DNA from: an uncultured bacterium
Lineage (GTDB): Bacteria > UBP14 > UBA6098
Assembly (NCBI GenBank): GCA_964606695.1
Contig: CAZSHG010000007.1
Coordinates: 2,456 to 66,455 of the forward strand
DNA: 64,000 nucleotides
Reading direction: 5' to 3'
Positions 50,458 to 61,107 of this stretch are shown here, in pieces. Within the stretch, counting starts at the first letter, position 1. Each line of letters opens with the position of its first letter. The translations under genes and the position numbers were made by a program. The notes beneath the pieces are model-generated. The model was not told the DNA's origin, searched no databases, and saw only the letters and a list, made by a program, of their open reading frames with translations.

Positions 50458-51792
50458 TTATTGATTATCTTCTTCGACTTTATTACGAAGCGTCTTGCGG
50501 TCAATATCCAGAATCTTCGCGGCATGTGTTTTATTGCCGTCCACGCTGTCCAGAACCTGCCGTATATATTCCTTCTCCACTTCGATAAGAGGGCGCGTGA
50601 GATCACGGGCGGTATGCGCGGAATAACGCATCGGCGAGGGCAAATCCGGGACGTCGATAACCTTATCCTCGGTCATTACAACCAGTCTCTGCACAAGGTT
50701 TTCCAACTCGCGGACGTTGCCCGGCCAGTCGTAATCTTTTATAGCTTGCAATGCTCGATCTGTGAAACTTGGGACTGCGGTGCCCATTTCTTCGGCGTAA
50801 AGGTGCACGAAATAATCTTTCAACATAATGATGTCGTCACCGCGATCTCTCAGGGGAGGGACGTTAATCTCGATCACGTTTAACCTATAGTAAAGGTCTT
50901 CGCGAAATATTCCTTTGTTCACAAGCGAAAGTAAGTCCTTATTAGTTGCGGCAATCACTCGGACGTTTACCTTTGTCGGTTTACGCGACCCGACCATGGT
51001 TACTTCCTTTTCCTGCAGAACTCGAAGCAGTTTGACCTGCATGGATAAACTTGTTTCGCTTATTTCGTCGAGGAAAATCGAACCACCGTCTGCGGTCTGG
51101 AAAAAGCCCGCGCGAGTATCGCTTGCGCCCGTAAACGAGCCTTTCACATGCCCGAATAGCTCGCTTTCCAGAAGCTCCTGTGGAATTCCTCCGCAGTTGA
51201 CCGGCACGAAGGTCGCAGAAGCCCTGGGGCTGGAATAATGTATTGCTCTTGCAACGAGTTCCTTGCCCGTGCCGCTTTCACCGGTAATCAGGACGGTAGC
51301 GAGTGTTTTAGAAGCTTTGTTAATCGCCCGGTATATAGACTGCATAGCATCGGAGTTTCCGATGAATCCTTCCGGTGCTTCGACCGGTTCCATCATTGAA
51401 TCGCCGTTGCGCAATTTAATTCTGGAAAGTGCTTTTGTTACCGATTCCAGCAACTCTTCCCTGGTAAAGGGTTTGGAAATAAAATCCGTCGCGCCGGTTT
51501 GCATAGCTTCGACCGCGCCGTCAACCGTAGCAAATCCGGTAATCATAATCACCTCGAGGTCACGGTAGTTCTCGCGGATATGGCGAATCATATCCATCCC
51601 GTTTCCGCCCGGCATTTTTAAATCTGTAATCACCAAATCGAAGTGTTCTTTTTCGAGAAGGTTTACGGCATCATGAAGCATTGTTGTAGTAAATATTCTG
51701 TAGCCTTCGCCTTCAAGATTTCTGCGAATCATTTCCAGCGTATCTTCTGAATCGTCGAGGATTAGTATTGTTGACTGCTTATGTTTATCCAT
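50458..51792 (-). CDS. Sigma-54-dependent response regulator (receiver + AAA+ + Fis HTH; NtrC family)
   Basis: ILILDDSED receiver domain, GESGTGKELVARAIH Walker A, GAFTGA-like sigma-54 contact region, ESELFGH motif, C-terminal HTH. Confidence 0.85.
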   Translation of the reverse strand: MDKHKQSTILILDDSEDTLEMIRRNLEGEGYRIFTTTMLHDAVNLLEKEHFDLVITDLKMPGGNGMDMIRHIRENYRDLEVIMITGFATVDGAVEAMQTGATDFISKPFTREELLESVTKALSRIKLRNGDSMMEPVEAPEGFIGNSDAMQSIYRAINKASKTLATVLITGESGTGKELVARAIHYSSPRASATFVPVNCGGIPQELLESELFGHVKGSFTGASDTRAGFFQTADGGSIFLDEISETSLSMQVKLLRVLQEKEVTMVGSRKPTKVNVRVIAATNKDLLSLVNKGIFREDLYYRLNVIEINVPPLRDRGDDIIMLKDYFVHLYAEEMGTAVPSFTDRALQAIKDYDWPGNVRELENLVQRLVVMTEDKVIDVPDLPSPMRYSAHTARDLTRPLIEVEKEYIRQVLDSVDGNKTHAAKILDIDRKTLRNKVEEDNQ

Positions 51793-53548
51793 ATCCAACT
51801 TCTTTCTGATTAATTGGAAGCGAGACAACAAATTTCGATCCGACACCGGTCTTGCTTTCCACTTCGATCGTTCCATTCTGAGAAGACACAATCCCATGAA
51901 CTACAGAAAGACCCAAACCTGTGCCGTCGCCAACTTCCTTCGTTGTGAAGAAAGGTAAAAAGATCTTTTTACGAATGTCTTCAGGAATACCCTCGCCAGT
52001 ATCTTCGATCTCTATAATTACGGATTCGTCGCAAAGAATAGTCCGTATTGTTAATTTCCCTCCGTTTGGCATAGCCTGAATTGCGTTTACTATAAGATTG
52101 ACTATTACCTGATGTATCTGCGCCTGATCAGCATAAATTAGGGGTAAATCGGGCGCTAATTTTCTTACAAGTTCGATTCCTTCTTTCGAGCACCGCGATT
52201 CCAGGAAATACAAGCCGTCCGCGACGATTTTATTAATATCGATACTCGTTTTTTTTGTGGGCATCTGCCGTCCGAAAAAGAGCAGTTTGCGAATAACTTC
52301 TCGTGAATGAAGCGAGGCTTTTTCGATTTTTTGCAGGTCATCTGAAATTTCACCGGGGATTTCCTGATTGTTTAGCATTAACTGGACGAATCCAAGTATG
52401 TTCGCCAGCGGTTCGTTTAGTTCGTGTGCGACGCCAGAAGCTAATTGGCCAAGAGTAGCCAACCTGTCCGCGTGTCGAAGTTGTTCCTCCAGTTTCTTCC
52501 TTTCCTCGCGGGCTTCGCGGCGTTCAACTATATTCCCTATCTCGGCGACGATCATATCGAGTAAACGCCGTTCCTCGTCCAGGAAAGGCGATTCCTCGGT
52601 CTCGATCTTATCTTCGGAATAGAAAACTTCCACGCGCCCGCGTTTTTCTCCAAGGACCATAATATCGGCACGCAAAGACAGGTTGCTGGTGGTGAAATTA
52701 TCCGTAGTGAAATCCTTCCCGTCGAGTTCGATAATCGCCGACGTTATGTCGGGATATTGCCAGCCGGGAGGTATCAGTTCGACTATCCCATTCAAGATGT
52801 TATCGATTCCCAGGGATGGATCCTCCACGGTCTGGGATATTCCGTATAGGCATGTCAGTTCCTTGATTCGCTCTTTGCGTTCCGCCTGAGCTCGCTGGAT
52901 AATCAGGGCGATTCCCAGCGTCTCACCGGCTTCCTCAAACAGTGCTATTTCCTGTTCGGTGAAAAAGAATTTCGCCCGGCTCTTCATTATCAGCAGACCG
53001 ACATTTTCTTCGCCGATACGGATCGGCACAAGCGCTATCGACTCGAAATCCTTCTCGGAATCCAGATTATATCGAAAACCCTTATTTCGTTTTAGGTTGG
53101 GATTTGATATCTCCGGTGTCCAAAAACTCCCGCGATCGGTGAAATAGTTGAGTTCCGGGTTATATCTGCCGCTCATGACGTCGCCGCATAGCTTCTCGAA
53201 ATCGGATTCTCCCATTACAAAAGCCGATCCATTTTGTTCGTGGATTTTGACTATTGGTTTCGCCCGAAAACAATACGACGCCCCCTGTGCCCCCTCGATA
53301 GCGCATCTGCGGAGTTTTTCCCTGCTAATTACGCGTAACTCGATATAATCGCAAGCCGAGAACTCGGCGATGTTCTTCAGAAAAACTTTGAGGAATTCAA
53401 CACGAGGAGCTTCCCGAATAGCGAGCATAAGAATACGCCGCGACAACTCCCGGTAACCTTCCCCGAGCCGCCTTTCAATATCGTGTGTATCCAATGGCGC
53501 ATTTCCATTCATAGATATGGATTCTATCGATTTTATAACCAAATTCAA
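51785..53548 (-). CDS. Cytoplasmic sensor histidine kinase (GAF/PAS-like sensor domains + HisKA + HATPase_c)
   Basis: H-box [23 protein letters not shown] and G-boxes DTGEGIPE...GTGLGLSV; no TM segments; 4 nt from the regulator start. Confidence 0.8.
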   Translation of the reverse strand: MNLVIKSIESISMNGNAPLDTHDIERRLGEGYRELSRRILMLAIREAPRVEFLKVFLKNIAEFSACDYIELRVISREKLRRCAIEGAQGASYCFRAKPIVKIHEQNGSAFVMGESDFEKLCGDVMSGRYNPELNYFTDRGSFWTPEISNPNLKRNKGFRYNLDSEKDFESIALVPIRIGEENVGLLIMKSRAKFFFTEQEIALFEEAGETLGIALIIQRAQAERKERIKELTCLYGISQTVEDPSLGIDNILNGIVELIPPGWQYPDITSAIIELDGKDFTTDNFTTSNLSLRADIMVLGEKRGRVEVFYSEDKIETEESPFLDEERRLLDMIVAEIGNIVERREAREERKKLEEQLRHADRLATLGQLASGVAHELNEPLANILGFVQLMLNNQEIPGEISDDLQKIEKASLHSREVIRKLLFFGRQMPTKKTSIDINKIVADGLYFLESRCSKEGIELVRKLAPDLPLIYADQAQIHQVIVNLIVNAIQAMPNGGKLTIRTILCDESVIIEIEDTGEGIPEDIRKKIFLPFFTTKEVGDGTGLGLSVVHGIVSSQNGTIEVESKTGVGSKFVVSLPINQKEVGYG

Positions 53549-53742
53549 GAAAAGATTTTTTATGTTTGAAACCGTATTGCAATAAAACTATAACGACGTC
53601 TTGCCGGTTATCCTTTTACCACTGATTGGGTTCTGAGTTTCAGGAGTTCATTGAATTACGCCCGCAACGGGTGAAATCCGAACGATTTCGGTTGCTATAT
53701 AATAATAGGTGAATATATTTTTGTCGAGGAGGATGAGTAACG

Positions 53743-56043
53743 ATGGGAACAAGAAAAAGGCATCTATTCATATTTTTATTGATTCTGACTGCGGTTTTCG
53801 CGGAGTTCGACACACTGCAGATAATCGGGCATATCCCCGGCGCGGCTTGCATGTCGGTCGAATATTCCAACGGTAGATTATACGCTGGCGCGGGAAGTTC
53901 GCTCTTCATTTACGATTGCCTCGCCCCAGCGGATATGGAACTGGCGGGTTACGTCAATTTCATTTCGCTGGTGACGAATATAGTCGTCCGGGACGATTCG
54001 ATGGTCTTCGTCGGCGCGAACCATGACGGCCTCTACGCGGTGGATGCCTCCGAACCGGATTTCCCTATAGTCGCGCAATATAAAATGATCGATCACAGCC
54101 ACTGGATAGGCGATCTGGAACTTTCCCCTCCCGACACGTTGTGGATGTCGGATTTTAACGGCCTTAAACAGATGCTATTCACCGGTGATACCTTCATCGT
54201 TTATGAGGAATATTTTGACGGGGATAAGATAGCTGGCGTGGGTTTCAAGGACACTTTGCTCGCGGTTTGCCGTCGCCACGATTGGGGCATTTTGGGCTAT
54301 GTCGATTTCTATAAAAGAATGGGGACCGAACTGACTTTCATCGCCAGTTTCGATTCGTCGCGTCTCTGGTATATTATGGACGCTGAATTCGCGGATAATC
54401 GCAATGATATTATATACGTCCTCGGCGGAAGCCCTAATCTCGGTGCTGATGGTGATTTTTACGCGCTCCATTACGACGGCGATTCTCTCTACGTTGCAGA
54501 CGGTCATAAGTTCAGCGGCATTCCCATGTTCGCGCAAACATATATAATGAACATGGACTCAAAGAACGATACGGTTTTCCTCGCCACTATGGCGGCATTA
54601 TACTGGTCGTCTCTTGATTCCACCTGGTCGGACTGCCCGGCCCTCGACGGTAATTTTCTTCCGGATTCCATGCCTATAATCGGGCATTTCGTGCCGGGGC
54701 TGTGGTTCTTTGACGTCGCCCTGCACGACGATTACCCCGCACTCGCCACTGGCTCGGAGTGGTTGGGCGTCTGGTGGACGAGCATAGCAGATTTCGACGA
54801 GAGACTCGACACAATCAGAACTTACCCCACCGGCGGATGGGGACAGCATTCGTATCTCTACGGCGGCGACACGTTATTCATCGCTATGGAGGGCTACGGT
54901 GTGGCTGTATTCGATGTCGGAGAGCCGTCGGTGCCGGAACGGGTGGGGAGAATACCGGGTTCCTTTGCCCACGATATGGCTTTCCTGGATTCGATAATAT
55001 GTGTTGCGAGAAGCGCTAAGTTCATATTCTTCAATCTTGCACCCTTCTGGCGTGGAGGCGAAATCGAAGTGTTAGACACCTTCGAGGTGCCGCTTGTTTT
55101 CGGGGAAACGCATATCTGTCATTCGCTGGCGTTGATGGAGACCAACGACGACACGTTCTTCGTCCTCGCCACCAGCGACGAGGGGATAAATCTCATAGAT
55201 CCGCGAGATATCCCGGGTGTCTATACCCACGCGCATTTCTTCGATAACACTGATCCTCTGGACGTTCGATGTTGTTACGATACATTATTTGTGATGATGA
55301 CGGATAGTTTCCACGTGGCCTGGTTCGACGGCGACACTATCGAATCTATTTACGATTGCGCGACGCCCGGCGAGGCACTCGGTTTTTATAAAGGCGGGGA
55401 TTTCGTCGCTATCGCATGTAAAGGCCCGGGTGTTTTCTGGTATAGATGGGAAGCGGATTCACTCGCTCTAATCGGCAATTGGAATCCATGGGGTTTATGC
55501 GCGGATGTGGAATATTTCGACAGCCTATTATATATCGCCTGCGCGGGCGAGGGGCTTTATATCCTCGATATCGAGGATTTCCCGGCGATAGATACTCTGG
55601 CATGGTTCCCCGGTTCGGGCGGCTGGGAATTCCTTCAATACGGCAGTCAGCATGTCTATTTCGGCCCGGACAGCACGATATTCCTATCCGATTATCACGC
55701 GGCGTGTTATATTCTTGAAAAATACGTGCGCGATCCTTACTACATCCGTGAAAATGGAGTGGATATACCCAAATCGCACACAATTTGGTCCTCCCCAAAT
55801 CCGTTTAATTCCAGCGTTCAGATCGAAGTGAAGAAAAAGGGAGTGAATTCCGCCCCCCGCGAAATTTCCATCTACGATGTTAAAGGCAGGTTGATCGATA
55901 AGATCGAACCCGATCCCATCGAGCGGGAAACAGTAGCTTCTTACACCTGGCGACCGGACGAAATTACCCCGTCGGGCCTTTACCTGGTTAAGGCCGAAGT
56001 ATCCGGCGAAATACTAACCGCCGGAATCGTATTCCTTAAATAG
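53743..56043 (+). CDS. Secreted LVIVD-repeat beta-propeller protein with a C-terminal FlgD-Ig-like / T9SS-type sorting domain
   Basis: Signal peptide; recurring DGLYAVDASEPDFP / GYGVAVFDVGEPSVP / EGINLIDPRDIPG / GEGLYILDIEDFP motifs; C-terminal SPNPFNSSVQIEV...ISIYDVKGRLID...YTWRPDEITPSGLYLVKAEV. Confidence 0.65.
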   Translation: MGTRKRHLFIFLLILTAVFAEFDTLQIIGHIPGAACMSVEYSNGRLYAGAGSSLFIYDCLAPADMELAGYVNFISLVTNIVVRDDSMVFVGANHDGLYAVDASEPDFPIVAQYKMIDHSHWIGDLELSPPDTLWMSDFNGLKQMLFTGDTFIVYEEYFDGDKIAGVGFKDTLLAVCRRHDWGILGYVDFYKRMGTELTFIASFDSSRLWYIMDAEFADNRNDIIYVLGGSPNLGADGDFYALHYDGDSLYVADGHKFSGIPMFAQTYIMNMDSKNDTVFLATMAALYWSSLDSTWSDCPALDGNFLPDSMPIIGHFVPGLWFFDVALHDDYPALATGSEWLGVWWTSIADFDERLDTIRTYPTGGWGQHSYLYGGDTLFIAMEGYGVAVFDVGEPSVPERVGRIPGSFAHDMAFLDSIICVARSAKFIFFNLAPFWRGGEIEVLDTFEVPLVFGETHICHSLALMETNDDTFFVLATSDEGINLIDPRDIPGVYTHAHFFDNTDPLDVRCCYDTLFVMMTDSFHVAWFDGDTIESIYDCATPGEALGFYKGGDFVAIACKGPGVFWYRWEADSLALIGNWNPWGLCADVEYFDSLLYIACAGEGLYILDIEDFPAIDTLAWFPGSGGWEFLQYGSQHVYFGPDSTIFLSDYHAACYILEKYVRDPYYIRENGVDIPKSHTIWSSPNPFNSSVQIEVKKKGVNSAPREISIYDVKGRLIDKIEPDPIERETVASYTWRPDEITPSGLYLVKAEVSGEILTAGIVFLK

Positions 56044-56048
56044 CCTCC

Positions 56049-56462
56049 TTAAGACGGCTGAGCCGGCGGCGGCGGAGGGGGAGATTCCGGTGCCGAAGTG
56101 CTCATCCCGGAAAACCAGGCCTTGCTTTCCTCGTCGGTGAATCCTATAAGCAGGATGATCCCCAACACCGTCCCGATCGGGATATTGAAGAGCATCAATA
56201 TTGCCAGGATAAATCCCACCGTCTTCGCCCAGTTCTTCTTTTCGTGGATTCCCTTGGCAATGGCGAAATATAGCCAGCCAATCAGGACTCCGATAACAAT
56301 ATAAACTATTCCCATTATTACCAGGCCGATAGTGCTTTCCTTTTCGCCGGAAACAAATCCCATAATGGTAATAATTATGCCGGCGAGTATTCCGCCGATG
56401 AGGATAATCCATGCGAGGACCTTGAAGATCGTCGCGTTCGTTTTGAGTTTTTGTGGAATCAT
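56049..56462 (-). CDS. Polytopic membrane protein with a Pro-rich C-terminal tail
   Basis: Four predicted TM helices; C-terminal PPPPPPAQPS. Confidence 0.5.
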   Translation of the reverse strand: MIPQKLKTNATIFKVLAWIILIGGILAGIIITIMGFVSGEKESTIGLVIMGIVYIVIGVLIGWLYFAIAKGIHEKKNWAKTVGFILAILMLFNIPIGTVLGIILLIGFTDEESKAWFSGMSTSAPESPPPPPPAQPS

Positions 56463-56472
56463 TTTACTCCCT

Positions 56473-56760
56473 TTACTTTTTTTCCTCGTTTTCGATTACT
56501 TCGCCTTCAGATTTAGGCCTGTCAATCGAAGCTTCGATAGCCTCTCTTAATGATTTAAGTTCTTCTTCCATTTCCTCGATCTTGCCGGATTTTTCTTTAC
56601 GGTAAACTCTGTAGGAAATTCCCAACGCCAGTAGTAACATCAGCACTGAAAATACGTAAACATAGGTTTGTGGGAAACCCAACAGAAGATACGATATCTG
56701 AAACAAACCAAGAAGAATAACAAGCACTATCCATGCGATCATATCTAACCTCCTCGCCAA
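56473..56760 (-). CDS. Small membrane protein with a charged coiled C-terminus
   Basis: Two TM helices, then EEMEEELKSLREAIEAS. Confidence 0.4.
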   Translation of the reverse strand: MARRLDMIAWIVLVILLGLFQISYLLLGFPQTYVYVFSVLMLLLALGISYRVYRKEKSGKIEEMEEELKSLREAIEASIDRPKSEGEVIENEEKK

Positions 56761-58286
56761 TATTTTCTATCGAGGCTTCGGTATTGAACGGCTTCGGAAA
56801 CATGGTGCGGCGCTATTTCGTTGGCACCCTCGAGGTCCGCTATCGTCCTCGACAGTTTTAATATACGATCGTAGGCTCTCGCTGACAAGCCCATCTTTGT
56901 TATAGCCATTTTCAAAAGCGATTCGCCGGCGTCGTCCAGTTTGCAGAATTTGCGGATCATCTTCGTTCGCATGTCCGCATTGGAGAAAACACCCTTTATC
57001 GATTTGAACCTATTGTTCTGATGCCTTCTCGCCCTGGATACTCTTTCGCGAATCGTATCGGAAGTTTCGCCGGTGCTCGGGCCGGACAATTCGGTGTATT
57101 TCACCGACGGCACCTCGATATGTATATCTATCCTGTCCAACAAAGGCCCGGATATTTTCCCGACATAATTCTGGATTTGCGCCGGCGTGCAGGTGCATTC
57201 GTGGAAAGGATCGCCGAAATATCCGCAAGGGCATGGATTCAACGCGCCGACCAGGGTGAAATTTGCCGGATATTCCAATGTTATAGCCGCGCGGGCGATT
57301 ACCACGTGTCCGTCCTCCAGCGGTTGACGCATGACCTCCAGCACGTTCTTTTTGAATTCGGGAAGTTCATCGAGGAACAGGACGCCGTGATGCGCGAGTG
57401 AAACCTCGCCCGGCTTAGGATATGTCCCCCCGCCTATCAAGCCCGCGTCCGATATCGTGTGATGCGGAGATCTGAAAGGCCGCGAGCCGACAAGGGCGGT
57501 ATTTCTCGGCAAGACCCCAGCCACCGAATGAATCTTGGTCGTTTCCAGCGCCTCTTCGAGAGTTAACGGAGGCAGTATCGAGGGGAATCTGCGCGCGAGC
57601 ATGGTTTTACCCGAACCGGGAGGGCCTATCATAAGGACGTTGTGTCCTCCGGCGGCGGCTACTTCCAGCGCACGTTTGACATGCTCCTGCCCTCGAACGT
57701 CCGAGAAATCGGCGATATATCGCCCGGAGGACTCGAAAACATCGCGCAAACTGACCTTGAACTCATCGATAACAAGTTCGCCTACCAGAAAATCGACTAC
57801 CTCGGCCAGATTTTCCGCGGGATAAACCGGTGCGCCCTGGGCAATCGCCGCCTCCTTGGCGTTTTCTTTTGGGAGGATAATTCCATCCGCGCCGATTTTT
57901 TTTGCCAGAAGCGCGATTGGTAAAACCCCGCGAACCGGCGCGAGTGCCCCGTCGAGACCGAGTTCGCCGATTATCACGTAATTCTCGAGATCGTGATTCT
58001 CTATTATGTCGAGGGCTTTTATCAAACCCACAGCCATGGGCAAATCGAAGGCACTGCCCTCTTTTTTGACGTCGGCGGGCGCGAGATTAATCGTGATCCT
58101 GCCCTGAGGAAAGGGAAATCCCGAGTTCTTAATCGCGCTGGCCACACGTTCACGGCTCTCCTTGACCGCATTATCCGGCAAACCCACGACGGTGAACGCC
58201 GGCAATTTCGCGGTGATATCTACCTCTACTTCGACCTTGTAAGCGTCGATTCCTAAAACAGCCGCTGATGTAACTCTTGCGAACAT
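56745..58286 (-). CDS. comM: YifB/ComM-family Mg-chelatase-like AAA+ ATPase
   Basis: N-terminal ChlI-N domain (AAVLGIDAYKVEVEVDI), Walker A GPPGSGKT and a C-terminal Mg_chelatase_C domain. Confidence 0.85.
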   Translation of the reverse strand: MFARVTSAAVLGIDAYKVEVEVDITAKLPAFTVVGLPDNAVKESRERVASAIKNSGFPFPQGRITINLAPADVKKEGSAFDLPMAVGLIKALDIIENHDLENYVIIGELGLDGALAPVRGVLPIALLAKKIGADGIILPKENAKEAAIAQGAPVYPAENLAEVVDFLVGELVIDEFKVSLRDVFESSGRYIADFSDVRGQEHVKRALEVAAAGGHNVLMIGPPGSGKTMLARRFPSILPPLTLEEALETTKIHSVAGVLPRNTALVGSRPFRSPHHTISDAGLIGGGTYPKPGEVSLAHHGVLFLDELPEFKKNVLEVMRQPLEDGHVVIARAAITLEYPANFTLVGALNPCPCGYFGDPFHECTCTPAQIQNYVGKISGPLLDRIDIHIEVPSVKYTELSGPSTGETSDTIRERVSRARRHQNNRFKSIKGVFSNADMRTKMIRKFCKLDDAGESLLKMAITKMGLSARAYDRILKLSRTIADLEGANEIAPHHVSEAVQYRSLDRKYWRGG

Positions 58287-58416
58287 ATCTTCTGAACCTC
58301 AGTCTAATTAACTCCTCCTAACATACAACACCCATCGCGGGATGTAAAGCTAATTTTATTAGAATTTAACCTTGACAAAAGAGGCGACGCGAAATATAAT
58401 TAGCGTGGTTTGACAA

Positions 58417-58489
58417 TCCGGAGTAGCTCAGTTGGTAGAGCAGGTGGCTGTTAACCACCGGGCCGTGGGTTCGAGTCCCTCCTCCGGAG
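58417..58489 (+). tRNA. tRNA-Asn (anticodon GTT)
   Basis: Acceptor TCCGGAG/CTCCGGA, anticodon stem GGTGG/CCACC, loop CTGTTAA; one T-stem mismatch. Confidence 0.8.
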
Positions 58490-58495
58490 AAAATT

Positions 58496-58545
58496 AAATC
58501 GCCGTCTTCGATAATGAGGGCGGCGATTTTTGTTTCCATGCGAAA
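58496..58545 (+). terminator. Rho-independent terminator after tRNA-Asn
   Basis: aaatcgccg ... cggcgattt 9 bp stem followed by tttgtttcc. Confidence 0.5.
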
Positions 58546-58562
58546 TCGGCTGGCATGGATCA

Positions 58563-59117
58563 TCACTTCGGCGAATTCTTCATCCTCGACGACACCGCAA
58601 AAGCGAAAATTCCTCTCTGAGAAATGACTACTCCTTTCTCGGATGCCGAAAAACTTTTCGCAGAAATACTCAACCATAGGGATTGCAGGCCGATTTCGCG
58701 ATTCACGCCCCCTGAGCCTTGCTTATAGTCCATCTGGGCAGAAGGGGGATTACAGTGTGCACCACCGCGCACTTCGACCCGTGGGGTCATGAAGTCAGGC
58801 TCAGTGAGCGGCTGGACTAAGCCACCATTCACGTCGAACACCTCGATTCGTTGGGGCGCGTCGAAGGAGATATTAATCGCGAAATTGAAGGGGTTTGGCC
58901 AGGCGGAAATCTCGAATGCCACCGGTTTCGCGGAGGGCGAATTCTCCTCGATGCCGGTATAGCCGAGCGAGTCGGTTTTAATGAGATAGATGTCGCCACG
59001 GTTTTTTGCTATAATCATTATCAAACACACCGGCGATAATGTGCCCGCCGTCGGACCTCTGGATTACGATATAACCTATGTCGTCCCCACTACCTTCGTA
59101 AGTTCTAACGACCAATC
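58563..59117 (-). pseudogene. Remnant of the 3' end of a secreted beta-propeller-repeat (SBBP-like) protein with a degraded T9SS/FlgD-Ig-type C-terminal domain
   Basis: The frame is open from a stop at about 59118. It reads ...TYEGSGDDIGYIVIQRSDGGHIIAGV...GDIYLIKTDSLGYTG...WPNPFNFAINISF...IEVFDVNGGLV, then loses recognisable domain sequence. There is no N-terminal part and no signal peptide. Confidence 0.35.
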
Positions 59118-59406
59118 AGATCGAGATACTCTTCAGGTCTTTTCGCGCAAGAACCCGTAAACTAAGGGGTTGATATACATATGAATCACAAAAAGGAATG
59201 TTAATCTTAACCGCTGACTCAAAAGGAATCCTAAATAAATACACATAATTAATGACAAACTCCGAAAGACTGTAAAGCGTTCATAATAGCGTTTTCCGCT
59301 GGTTTCGTATATTTATTTTCTTTTCTCTTTACAAATACGGCGCGCTAGATTATTTTGAAATGAAATAAAAAATTTTCAAGATATTCGAATATGAAAGGCA
59401 GGATTT

Positions 59407-61095
59407 ATGAGTGATATGAGAATACTGGTTGTCATCATCTCACTTTGCGCTCTGGCTTTTTGCGCCGAGACTCATCTTCTGGACGCAATGCAGACGGAAC
59501 TCGACCGTTCGACTGGCACGCTTGCGGATTCGGGAGCGGCTCCGCTTTATTTTCTCGGATACGAAATCATGGAGAAATCCGGGCAGAATATGTCCGCGCA
59601 GTTCGGGAGCATAAGCGATTACGGCGTCGATTATCCCCGGAGGATTCTGGACGTCGATCTGCGCGTGGGCGATTACAAACTCGACAATACCCATCCGCTT
59701 TCCGAACGCGATTGGTTCGCATACCTGCGCGATTTCGGGATGTCCTCGGCAATCCCAATCGACGGCTCGCCGGAGACGATTCGACATTACATCTGGCTGG
59801 TTACGGACAGGAAATTCCAGCACGCTCAGGAGGATTATATCAAGGTGCAGGGCGATGTTGCGGTGAAGGTCGAAAAGGAGGATACCTCGGCGGACTTCTC
59901 CCGCGCAGAACCGGAGGTTTATATCGGCGAAATCGAGCATATCGCGATCGACTCGGCGGAATGGGCGTCTAAGTTGAAGGCATATTCCGCGCGCTTTTCC
60001 GGCAACGATTTCTTGCTGGATTCGCGCGTGAGCCTGAACGTCGATAATCTCGATAAGTTCATCGTCAACAGCGAGGGCACGAGGCTTCAGTTCAGCGAGC
60101 CGAGGATTTATCTGTCCATTTATGCGTCGGTCAAAGCCGATGACGGTATGCAACTTTACCTTTACGATAGCTATATGGGCGACAGTTTCGACGATTTGCC
60201 CTCAGACGACGAGATTTACGCAGACATCGACCTGATGTTAGAAGATTTACGCACACTCAAGGACGCGCCCACGGTCGAGCCATACACCTGCCCGGCGATC
60301 TTGCGCAACCGCGCGGCTGGAGTCTTTTTCCATGAGATATTCGGGCATCGGTTGGAAGGACATCGCCAGGAGATAGAGGACGAGGGGCAGACTTTCGTAA
60401 AGAAAGTCGGGCAGTCCGTGCTTCCGGATTTCCTCTCGGTTTACGACGATCCTTCATTGTCCGAGTTCGAGGGCAATTTTCTCAACGGACATTATATGTT
60501 CGACGACGAGGGAGTCAGGGCACAACGGGCGGACGTCGTCAGGGATGGCATACTCAGCGATTTCCTGATGTCGCGCAATCCAATCGAGGGATTCGATAAA
60601 TCCAACGGCCACGGCAGGCGGTCTTCCGGCAACGACGTCGTCGCGCGGCAGGGGAATCTTATTGTCGAATCGAGCAAAACGGTGCCTTTCGACGAACTGC
60701 GCACGACGCTAATCGATAAATGCAAAGAACAGGGCAAGGACTGGGGGCTTATATTCGACGATATCTCCGGCGGATTCACCATGACGATGCGATATCTGCC
60801 CCAATCTTATAAGGTAATCCCGCTGAAGGTCTGGCGCGTTTATACCGACGGCAGGCCGGACGAACTCGTCCGGGGAGTCGATATAGTCGGCACGCCGCTG
60901 ACGAGTTTCAGCATGATAAGCGCGACCGGCGACGATCCTTACATATTCAACGGAATGTGCGGCGCGGAATCCGGCAGAGTGCCTGTTTCCGCGGTGTCTC
61001 CGTCCGTTCTCGTGGATCAGATCGAGGTCGAGAAAAAATACAAGGGCACGGACAAACCGCCGATTCTACCCGCCCCGAAATCCGTCGTGAAGTAA
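59407..61095 (+). CDS. Secreted TldD-like metallopeptidase (TldD/PmbA family, HExxxH present)
   Basis: Signal peptide; HEIFGH zinc motif; C-terminal G-x-C...NGMCG region typical of TldD/PmbA. Confidence 0.75.
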   Translation: MSDMRILVVIISLCALAFCAETHLLDAMQTELDRSTGTLADSGAAPLYFLGYEIMEKSGQNMSAQFGSISDYGVDYPRRILDVDLRVGDYKLDNTHPLSERDWFAYLRDFGMSSAIPIDGSPETIRHYIWLVTDRKFQHAQEDYIKVQGDVAVKVEKEDTSADFSRAEPEVYIGEIEHIAIDSAEWASKLKAYSARFSGNDFLLDSRVSLNVDNLDKFIVNSEGTRLQFSEPRIYLSIYASVKADDGMQLYLYDSYMGDSFDDLPSDDEIYADIDLMLEDLRTLKDAPTVEPYTCPAILRNRAAGVFFHEIFGHRLEGHRQEIEDEGQTFVKKVGQSVLPDFLSVYDDPSLSEFEGNFLNGHYMFDDEGVRAQRADVVRDGILSDFLMSRNPIEGFDKSNGHGRRSSGNDVVARQGNLIVESSKTVPFDELRTTLIDKCKEQGKDWGLIFDDISGGFTMTMRYLPQSYKVIPLKVWRVYTDGRPDELVRGVDIVGTPLTSFSMISATGDDPYIFNGMCGAESGRVPVSAVSPSVLVDQIEVEKKYKGTDKPPILPAPKSVVK

Positions 61096-61107
61096 GAGGA
61101 GGAAATA

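Noticed and set aside
59429-60153. Minus-strand 237 aa ORF and plus-strand 175 aa ORF overlapping the tldD-like gene
   Set aside because: Arg-rich alternative-frame translations of a GC-rich coding region; the TldD-like frame has clear family motifs.
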